From Octopus sinensis (lineage: Eukaryota), in assembly GCF_006345805.1 (NCBI RefSeq), contig NC_042999.1, forward strand, positions 60,760,001 to 60,824,000: a DNA stretch of 64,000 bases. Direction: 5' to 3'. This document shows, piece after piece, positions 28,912 through 38,452 of the stretch. Every line of letters begins with the position of its first letter. Position 1 is the first letter of the stretch. The notes under the pieces are model-generated. The model searched no databases, had not been told where the DNA came from, and worked only from the letters and a program-made list of their open reading frames with translations. The translations under genes and the position numbers were made by a program.

Positions 28912-29690
28912 TCTATATATAAACGGCAGTTTGTCTGTCTGTGTGTCTGTGTGTCTGTCAGGTTGTACCCTCACCCTGACCACGGCTTTCAACCGATTCT
29001 GATGAAACTTGACACATACGTAGCCCAATGTCATAATTCAAAACTAACGCAGCGAAAATTTTGAAATGTTCCCCCAGTTCTGAAAAAAAATCGATAAATT
29101 CGACATGGGTCGAGAATCTAAGCTTTTTATATGCATCATACTTTCTACAGACTGTCTAGGGGACGCAACTCGACCTTTTTAACTCTCGGAACACGTGGGG
29201 TAAGTATCCCAAAATGTATAAAAATGTACAAAAACGGCAAAAAAGCGGGCAGTAATGTGAGTGACCAAACTGAACAAACGAATGGAAAAGGTTTTTTGAT
29301 GCACACGACAAAAGCGGTTTATAATAAACCAAGAGTTTGCAAGTAGCATCCGAGGACCCTTAGGGTACGTCAAAAATTTAATGTAAAACGTTTGGGGTGG
29401 TAGTTATAAAGAAAGTGTAAACAAAAAAAGTATTCGAATAACTTGCGGCAGCAGCAGCTATTAGCAGAAGTGGCGGTGTTGGGGGTAAGGTCTCGAATGT
29501 AATTTCTTCCTGGTAGGAATTGGTTGGGTTGAATTATCTATAGCTGTTTGATAGTTATTTGGGAGTGAAGAGAAGACATTGCAACCTACACATGCGCCTT
29601 CGTTCCCTAGAGGGAAAGGACTAGATTGAGATTAGTCGTTGCCTACTAGGGGCTCTTACATACCCGGGCAACGCCGAGCTATGCTGCTAG
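28912..29690 (+). mobile_element. Non-autonomous Helitron
   Basis: 5' TCTATATATATAAA followed by a (TGTC)-type microsatellite; 3' GC-rich hairpin (cccgggcaacgccgag) then CTAG|T. Confidence 0.75.
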
Positions 29691-30539
29691 TAATAAATAA
29701 ACACCATGTCTTTTGCATACCCCGCCTCCAAGGACACTGGGGCAATGACCTTCCCTGCAGGCGACTCTATTCTGACCTGCTTTGGAGTGGGTGAGAAGGG
29801 CTCTTCCCAGTGCATGAATGTCTTTTTCTCTCTGCAATGAACCCAAAACTCATCCTGCATCAGAAAATGTTCAAGGAAACAAGCTGGACCTCCTGAAACA
29901 ACTTCAGACATTTTTTTCTTGATGTGATCAGATTGATGCGCTTTGCATTAAGTGTCAGAAGAAGTGACACTCATTGACCAGGAACCTTCTTCATGCCAAG
30001 TTCATAGCACAGAATATTCTAATCTCTCTCATAGATATGCTAATAGCATTAGCTATTATATATATATAATCGCCGGTCATCCATCACCATGTGGTGATCA
30101 CGATTGCCATTGGTCTAAGAAGGACTTCTTGAAGTGCCTCGCTACACAGGAAGTTGGTGACGTCTTACTGTCTGGCCGGTCTTTAAAGGGATTAGCGGGT
30201 GTGAGAGTGTGAGGTTTATACTGGATGTATGAGCCCGTAGAAGTTGGTGCCTAATGCCTATCCCAATGTATCTCTTATGCGTCTGTCTGTCTGTCTGTGT
30301 GTGTTTGGGCTCGTAAGCAAGCGTGTAGATGAGAGCTGATGGCAGCTCCTTGATGCGTATGTGTGTGTTTGCCAGGGTGTGAGTACGTATACGTGCGCGT
30401 ACGTTCTACTATATGTGGATACTAGTCTGCGCGCATGTGTATGTATGTGTTAGATGTTTATTATTTGAATGTGTGTTTGTGCGTGCGCGCGCATGTGTGT
30501 GTATGTTTGTGTGTATGTGCTCATGGTGTTCACAATGAA

Positions 30540-30960
30540 TGCGTCAGGTCACTTTCGAGTGCTGCTGGTAACATGTAACCCAGTACAACCTGTTGCATGG
30601 TCGGGTCGTCGGCGACTAAACCGGCCACCCCACCAAGCTTGCTTGGTGAGGAGGGTGTTTATTGGACACCCTGCGGGATGAAAAATAGAACCCGTCAAAG
30701 TGCGGAGGAACTCTTGAGAGTCACCGGTCATCCAATAAATGTCTTAAGGATGTATCATGCGCGGGGACATAGAAATAATCGGACTGAATACCCGATCGCG
30801 CGGTTAAACCATTGGGAGTGAAGGACTCCTAGCCTTTGTTAGGGCATCCCTCTAGGAGAAGGTAACTCAGGTATCTGGGATAACTCCGACATAAAACCTG
30901 CGGCTCAGTGGTTACCGATGATGTTGACTTGTTCTTCTTTTCTTATACTCTTGTTTTTGG
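30540..30960 (+). mobile_element. GC-rich structured repeat, RTE 5'-UTR-like
   Basis: Hairpins caccaagc-tt-gcttggtg (30631-30648) and agggtgt..acaccct (30652-30672). The motif gggcatccctctaggagaaggtaactc resembles RTE-clade 5' UTR motifs as recalled. Confidence 0.35.
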
Positions 30961-30999
30961 TATTTGTTGTGTGTGAGAGCATGAAAGATGCATGCTAGT

Positions 31000-31430
31000 G
31001 TGATAGTAACAGCATTGCCGTAGGGTGGGGGTCTTTGCGCTTGGATTGCATCATGTATATGGAGACAGACTTGCGAGGTTACAGGGGATGCGTTAGATTG
31101 GAAGCTCAGCCTGTGTTTTGCGTAAGTATGTCAAGGACACTGTCCTTTGTTGTGAGCAGGCATTATTGAGGTGCCGTCAATGTTAAGGAGGTATATCTGG
31201 GTTGTCAGCATCCACTCGATTGAAGCTCATCAGTGAGCATAGCTCTGATGACAACTATAAGTTCGTATTTCCTGTTGATTCATGCTATGATCTAGTACAG
31301 GCACATAACTTGTCTTTTGCGGAAAGAGCGCTGACAATTGCGGGTGCCAGTTGGGTAAAGTGGGAGCCGTGTTGATGATGTTCCATTTGATGTCAGGTGT
31401 TAGATGTTTCTCTCAGATGGATTAAGTGAT
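31000..31430 (-). pseudogene. Penelope-like element C-terminal remnant
   Basis: PDIKWNIINTAP/TYPTGTRNCQ..INRKYELI, resembling the PLE GIY-YIG C-terminus KW.I...A.PY....KRC.LC..E....N.R.EL. Confidence 0.55.
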
Positions 31431-31698
31431 ATATATACACCTCTGATGAAATCCTCAATAGCGTCGAACATCAATTTTTGTTGTTCCTAATTTTTCTGTC
31501 AAAAATAACTATACAAATATGATACGCTTCTAAGTATACATACATACATACATATACGTATATATATATACATATATATATATATATAATATACATATAT
31601 ATATATATATATATATACAATATATATATACATATGTATATGTATATATATAATATATGTATATATATTATATATATGTATATGTATATGTATATGTG

Positions 31699-31803
<105 letters not shown>

Positions 31804-31810
31804 AGAGAAG

Positions 31811-31863
31811 GAGCTTCTACAGGACTAGAACTGTTTCATTCAAAAGAAATCATCAGGAAGCTC
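31811..31863 (-). ncRNA. Type I hammerhead ribozyme in an inverted PLE-like pLTR
   Basis: Minus strand reads GAGCTTC CTGATGA t ttc tttt gaa t GAA ACAG ttctagtc CTGT A GAAGCTC: 7-bp stem I, 3-bp stem II, 4-bp stem III, GUA triplet. The plus-strand mirror copy lacks one A of GAAA and has a broken stem I. Confidence 0.75.
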
Positions 31864-32270
31864 CTGATGATTTCTTTTGAATGAACAGTTCTAGTCCTGT
31901 AGAAGCTCCTTCTATAAAATAAATTAATTTACTCTGCTATGTATTGAGTACCTTATTGACTGTGGTTAACCCCGACTCAACCCGGGACCTATATTATATA
32001 TATATATATATATATATAAAGGGCATGCCGGGAAGAATTTTACGAATAAATTCATCATGTAGTATGCGAATATAAACACCTGGTAGTAAATAATATTACT
32101 ACCCTTCTTGTTTATATTCGCATACTACATGATGAATTTATTCGTAAAATTCTTCCCGGCATGCCCGTGTAAATTTTGCGTCTGCGCAGAGATTTGAAAA
32201 GTTAAGATCTGCTAGTAGTCGGATGTAACATATAGTCCCACATCGCTGCAGACCTCGATTAAATTCAGGC

Positions 32271-32345
32271 GACTCGCTGATGAAGCTGGCCTTAGCAACA
32301 TATTCTGTGTTTTGCTAGAAAGAAGCAGAAACCGCGGTACGAGTT
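32271..32345 (+). ncRNA. Type I hammerhead ribozyme, unit 1
   Basis: GACTCG CTGATGA a gct..agc a GAA ACCGCGGT A CGAGTT; cleavage predicted after 32339. Confidence 0.75.
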
Positions 32346-32715
32346 GTTAAAGTTATCGGTAAACGTTTTTGATTTTCACTCTCGATAAGTTCATCCCCTT
32401 TTTATGTTCCCAGCACTCGGCATCTCTTCTTATTTAGGAGCCCTTAATTGTATAACTACATAATAATATTTTTCTATATGAATAATATTTTTGTCTTATG
32501 ACTAATTCGTCTTTTGTGCTGGGCACCTGGTAGTAAATAATATTACTACCCTTCTTGTTTATATTCGCATACTACATGATGAATTTATTCGTAAAATTCT
32601 TCCCGGCATGCCCGTGTAAATTTTGCGTCTGCGCAGAGATTTAAAAGTTAAGATCTGCTAGTAGTCGGATGTAACAATAGTCCCACATCGCTGCAGACCT
32701 CGATTAAATTCAGGC

Positions 32716-32791
32716 GACTCGCTGATGAAGCTGGCCTTAGCAAACATATTCTGTGTTTTGCTAGAAAGAAGCAGAAACCGCGGTACGAGTT
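32716..32791 (+). ncRNA. Type I hammerhead ribozyme, unit 2
   Basis: Same core as unit 1; cleavage predicted after 32785. Confidence 0.75.
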
Positions 32792-33164
32792 GTTAAAGTT
32801 ATCGGTAAACGTTTTTGATTTTCACTCTCGATAAGTTCATCCCCTTTTTATGTTCCCAGCACTCGCATCTTTATTTAGGAGCCCTTAATTGTATAACTAC
32901 TACATGAATAATATTTTTCTATATGAATAATATTTTTGTCTATGACTAATTCGTCTTTTGTGCTGGGCACCTGGTAGTAATAATATTACTACCCTTCTTG
33001 TTTATATTCGCATACTACATGATGAATTATTCGTAAAATTCTTCCCGGCATGCCCGTGTAAATTTTGCGTCTGCGCAGAGATTTGAAAAGTTAAGATCTG
33101 CTAGTAGTCGGATAACATATAGTCCCACATCCCACATCGCTGCAGACCTCGATTAAATTCAGGC

Positions 33165-33240
33165 GACTCGCTGATGAAGCTGGCCTTAGCAAACATATTC
33201 TGTGTTTTGCTAGAAAGAAGCAGAAACCGCGGTACGAGTT
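33165..33240 (+). ncRNA. Type I hammerhead ribozyme, unit 3
   Basis: Same core as unit 1; cleavage predicted after 33234. Confidence 0.75.
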
Positions 33241-33609
33241 GTTAAAGTTATCGGTAAACGTTTTTGATTTTCACTCTCGATAAGTTCATCCCCTTTTTAT
33301 GTTCCCAGCACTCGGCATCTTTATTTAGGAGCCCTTAATTGTATAACTACATGAATAATATTTTTCTATATGAATAATATTTTTGTCTTATGACTAATTC
33401 GTCTTTTGTGCTGGGCACCTGGTAATAAATAATATTACTACCCTTCTTGTTTATATTCGCATACTACATGATGAATTTATTCGTAAAATTCTTCCCGGCA
33501 TGCCCGTGTAAATTTTGCGTCTGCGCAGAGATTTGAAAAGTTAAGATCTGCTAGTAGTCGGATGTAACATATAGTCCCACATCGCTGCAGACCTCGATTA
33601 AATTCAGGC

Positions 33610-33685
33610 GACTCGCTGATGAAGATGGCCTTAGCAAACATATTCTGTGTTTTGCTAGAAAGAAGCAGAAACCGCGGTACGAGTT
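33610..33685 (+). ncRNA. Type I hammerhead ribozyme, unit 4 (stem II variant agat)
   Basis: Same core with one substitution in stem II; cleavage predicted after 33679. Confidence 0.7.
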
Positions 33686-33899
33686 GTTAAAGTTATCGGT
33701 AAACGTTTTTGATTTTCACTCTCGATAAGTTCATCCCCTTTTTATGTTCCCAGCACTCGGCATCTTTATTTAGGAGCCCTTAATTGTATAACTACATGAA
33801 TAATATTTTTCTATATGAATAATATTTTTGTCTTATGACTAATTCGTCTTTTGTGCTGGGCACCTGGTAGTAAATAATATTACTACCCTTCTTGTTTAT

Positions 33900-33936
<37 letters not shown>

Positions 33937-34631
33937 TTGCGTGAGTCAGCGTGTGTGATTTTCACACTCACCACTATCAATATATGTGTGTGCCTGTATG
34001 TGTATGTATATATATATATACACACACGGACACACACACATACACATGCTTACGGATATATATATAGTTTATGCATCATAGTAAATATAACACATTTTTG
34101 CAAATAGGTATATGATGAAATCACACATATTTGTACAAAATTTACATGGCTTACAAATATGTATACATAAACTCGTTTATGCACGAACTTCACATATATG
34201 TGGCCGTACAATCTATCTATGAAGAAATATCTACACGTACGCGATTGAAAAGTTATAGCAGTATCATTTTGTATCAAATAATATTCACTGCAATTTAACG
34301 AAATTTGCATGTTTATCACCTTTATTTTTGTATAAATGTTTCATTAGATAATATTCAAAAGAATGGCATATATATAGATGAATAACGAAATAACTGTGTA
34401 GTTATTTTCATTTGAAATATCGAAACATAATTCAAAGCGCTTTCTGTGAATCACATACATGCCGCCATACGTCATTTAGAAATGTATGAGGCACGTTATT
34501 CCACTAATGGTAAGATTAAACGAGCTCGTTTGTAAAATATTTTAAAACAGCTCTTTAGTTCACATTGGTTCGAAGACATATTTAATGAAATTTGACTGAA
34601 TAAATACAACTGTGCAGAAATACACACACAC

Positions 34632-34687
<56 letters not shown>

Positions 34688-34695
34688 TACACACA

Positions 34696-34738
<43 letters not shown>

Positions 34739-34834
34739 ATATGTATATATGTATGTATGTATATGTATATATATATATACAAGCTAACATAAACACTCAA
34801 ATACATATGTATGTGTGTGTGTCTATTCTTTTAT

Positions 34835-35100
34835 TTGTTTCAGTTATTTGTTGCGGCCATCCTGGAGCAACATCTTTAGTCGAACAAATCGACTTCAGGA
34901 CCTATTCTTTGTAAGCCTAGAACTTACTCTATCGTTCTCTTTGCCGACCCGCTAAATTATGGGGACTTACACACACCAATATCCGTTGTCACGCAACAGT
35001 GGGGGGACAAACACAGATACTGAAACAATTTCCGTCTACCAAATCCACTCACAGGGCTTTCATGGGCCCAAGACTATATTAGAAGACACTTACCCAAGGT
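34835..35100 (-). mobile_element. Degenerate SINE-B
   Basis: tttcagttatttgttgcggccatcctggagc..tttccgtctaccaaatccactcac. Confidence 0.7.
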
Positions 35101-35944
35101 ACAATACCACGATGGCCGCAGCGAAGACACAATTACAGAGGGATACAGGAACAGTACCAAAGATCGTGTTCAAGGGAAGCACAGTGGCAACACGTTAGGA
35201 GATGGGATTGTGGGGATGGTGATAATGCTATGAAGAACAATGACGTACACACAGACAAGTATAGATGGAAACGTAAGCGCATATAAGATACATATCATAG
35301 AAGAACGGAAAGGAATAAGCAGAGCAATAACACACACGAAGAACGGAAAGTGTCGCAGAAGAGGTCACAGATGTGTCCCGAAAGATTACCGGACAATGGA
35401 CATGAGTTTTAATAAGAGCAGTAATATATGAGTAGAGAACGAATATATACTGCGTGTGTTTATTATGGGAAAAAATGACCATCACGAAATACAACAATAC
35501 TTCTTGCAACACGGGTTCATAAATATATTTGTATGGTTTGTCGATGAAATGTTTTGATAGATTTTCAGTACCAAATTGATGCGTATGAAAGTGTGATAGT
35601 TTTCAAATTTGGGTTATAAAAGGAGTGTTTGTGTAGAGAAAATCGAGTTTATGAAATTGATAATATAACTCAGAAAATAAAGGTGAATTTGGATTTCAGT
35701 TGTTAAGCGATTTTCTTGTTATGAACAAAACTTGAAGATTTTTTCTTTAACTAGCTGCCAATTTAATTTTCATTGACACGAGACTGCGACTATTTCTAAA
35801 AATTAGCACTTTGGGCATGTATAAGTTCTTTTGAACTAACAAACCCCACCTCAAAATTGCAGACCTTGTGATTACAGTAGAAAGGATTATAAATTATATT
35901 CGGTAGTGTCTATTGTTCTCATCATAGAAGAATAACAGTTAGCA

Positions 35945-36165
35945 CTAAGTTACTCTTTTATTTGTTTCAGTTATTTGACTGTAGCCATGCTGCAGCACCA
36001 CCTTTAGTCGAGCAAATCGACCCTAAGACTTATTCTTTGTAAACGTAGTACTTATCCTGTCGGTCACTTAGGCCGAACTGCTAAGTTACGGGGATGTAAA
36101 CAACCACCATCTGTTGTCAAGCGATGTTGGGGGAGACAAACACAGACATACAAACATTTACACAC

Positions 36166-36196
<31 letters not shown>

Positions 36197-36392
36197 CCAC
36201 ATATATATATATATATATATATACATACATACATACATACATACATACATACATACATACATACATACATACATACATACATACATACATACGAGGGGCT
36301 TCTTTCAGTTTCCGTCTAACAAATCCACTCACAAGGGTTTGTTCGGCCCGAGGAATGAACCCGGAAACATACGGTTGGTAAGCAAGATACTT
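35945..36392 (-). mobile_element. 3' part of a SINE-B split by two ORF1-only elements
   Basis: Minus strand resumes aagtatcttgcttaccaacc..ccgggttca..gtgagtggatttgttagacggaaactgaaagaagccc; the head is at 40490-40523. Confidence 0.85.
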
Positions 36393-38437
36393 TATTTCAT
36401 AAAAATTGTTATATACACAGTACAAAGATTGTGTAGCTTTGCGGGCTGGACAAACACATTAATGAATGAAAATGAAATAAAATGAATAAATGAGAGACGA
36501 AACCCAACACCCACCGATTGGATTTTTCTTGAAAACATATTTTTTTTTAAAAATCAATATGATGTTTCAAACCTCTTACAAGAAGGAGGAACTAAAACCT
36601 CTTACTTAATATGTTTTTTTAAACACACAATTGAGGTTATAAACCACAACAAATAATACAATAAGATCAGGTTCCCAACCCTCTAACGAGACTTTTTCAC
36701 CTCCTACTCATCGATATATCCATCGATATATTCATCGCTATCTTCAATGCCGCTTGATCCCTGTATCACGCCATGTCCCATGCCTCACTTATGTAGGACA
36801 TGTAAATCGTGTAAGGCCCACCCGGCTATATGCGACATTCCTCCCCAAATCCTTTAAGCCTTTCCCATAAGGGAAACCTTATGACCTCCACAGCTCTCTG
36901 CGGAGGCCATTCGGGATCTCGTGTGAATGGCATATCTACTGTCTCTTTATGTTCTATTTTTTCCACATCCCCGCCCTTGTAGAAAAAGATAATTAATTCA
37001 TTATCTGTAAGGGTGGGGATCGTTTCTTCCACCGTGGGTGGCACAACTTCGGGACATGCAGACGGCACATCATCTCCCCCCCCTGCGATGACTCGTTCTT
37101 CTTCTTTCTTTTCATTCTTTTCTTCCTGACTTCGGGACAGTAGAGCACTTCCGCCTTGTCCGGAGTCTCTCACCCACCTCCCGAAGCCTTAGGGTTTCCC
37201 ACCTTCCTTTTTAATCCTTTTTGGGTTGAGGAGGCTTGAACCTCATCCACCTCTCCATTTGACCGGGTAGGGGATGTGGCATCCAGTGACTGTTTCACGA
37301 CCTTACCCAGGTCCAGGGGGCAGTTCTTTTTAATGTGACCTGGCTGCAAACGCGGGTGACACTTGGTGGGGACGTCCCTCAAGTATCACTGGATACATAC
37401 AGCCAGCCATTTCAAACAAAATCTGGAAAAACCAGATCTGTTGCTGCCGATGGTGTCCACAGGGTCAAAATCGCTTTTGACCCTTCCCAATTGACCGCCG
37501 GAAATAACCTTACATTTAAGAGCCTGGGCCCGCTATCCCCCAGTCGCCGTCAGATGGTATATTTAATCCAACCCGATTCGGTGCCTTGGGGCAACCAACA
37601 TACCCAGGCTCTTATTAATTTTCTCCCGCAGTACGACGTGAGGGGAACAGAATTTCGTTGCCCTCTAAATGCTGACTCGCAATGTGCGAGCCTTTTCTCG
37701 GTTGTCAAACATGACCCCACGGGATATGTATTTCACAGAGGACAAATAGTCTTTCAGTTTATTTCCCATAACTGGTTTTGGGAAGACGGTGATGGAATCA
37801 AGAACTTTAGAATAAGTTCTAACCCCCCGTCCTCTTCTCCATATCTTTTAACCACTGCTTAGGCGGGTTAATTTCCCATTGTAAGGCAGAGATTCTTCTT
37901 TTTAAGTTCCTTTTCTGCCATGTCCAAAAAAATCAGTTCAAAAGTAGTTCGAAAGACAGTCCGCCAAAAAATTAAAACTGAATAAAAATAGAAGTAAAAC
38001 AAAATAAAAGAGAAGGAAAGGAAACTGAAATTGAAATAATGAAAAAAATGAACCAAAATTTAGAAAGAAAGAAGAAAAATAGAACGGAAAAATAAAAGAA
38101 AAACCTCACAAATAGAACAGACAGGGAATCCTTTGTATAATACTCCAACAGATAATCCACTAGTGTGGGTTATTCTTGAAGTACTCCAGTTAGGTAAAAT
38201 TCCACTTTTTCTAGGGAGATGCACACTAAAATTTACAAATTATTTGGCGAAAACAAGCCACACCAAAAATTCTTAATTCACCGTTATGGTGATGAGAACG
38301 CAATATTTTTGCTCGCTATAGCGAGCCGTAATTGACAATTTTTCTTTCTGTCCTTTTTTCTATTCACGGAGCCAAAACTCACGTCTTCTCTCTGTAACAG
38401 TCCAGACCAACAAGTGTTGCATTCTGGGTAACCGGAA
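36393..38437 (-). mobile_element. ORF1/gag-only non-autonomous retroelement E1 (decayed), ~2.05 kb
   Basis: Bounded by target duplication copies at 36378-36392 and 38438-38452. Ends in aaataaa. Contains a frameshifted homolog of the E2 ORF and no RT. Confidence 0.8.
36826..37921 (-). pseudogene. Disrupted ORF1/gag-like CCHC protein
   Basis: Reconstructed across frameshifts and a stop: QWEINPPKQWLKDMEKRT..VFPK..GRKLIRAWVCWLPQG..NWEGSKAILTLWT..YPVILEGR..GHIKKNCP..FYKGGDVE..PEWPPQRAVEV. Clearly homologous to 38739-39926. Confidence 0.85.
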
Positions 38438-38452
38438 GTAAGCAAGCTACTT

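Larger units (their letters stand above)
28005..30250 (-). mobile_element. Decayed mariner (DD34D-type) element interrupted by a SINE-B and a Helitron
   Basis: Colinear fragments in order: ANSISISRE..ILCYELGMKKV; QDEFWVH..PKQVRIESPAGKVIAPVS..DMVFIY; RQLRKTIRTKR/GVLFQQ..SLVSIAA; CGFDLLGPPPYSLDLALFD*HL; IQALQ. Confidence 0.75.
32021..33902 (+). repeat. Tandem array of 4.1 x ~446-bp units with an inverted 57-bp 5' piece; candidate non-LTR retrozyme
   Basis: Unit starts (cacctggtag) at 32077, 32524, 32968, 33416 and 33861. Units differ by small indels and rare substitutions. (TA)n on both flanks; one hammerhead per unit. Confidence 0.9.

Noticed and set aside
32077-33902. Array considered as CRISPR or a protein-coding repeat
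   Set aside because: No unique spacers, eukaryotic context, and no ORF of 60 aa or more in the unit.
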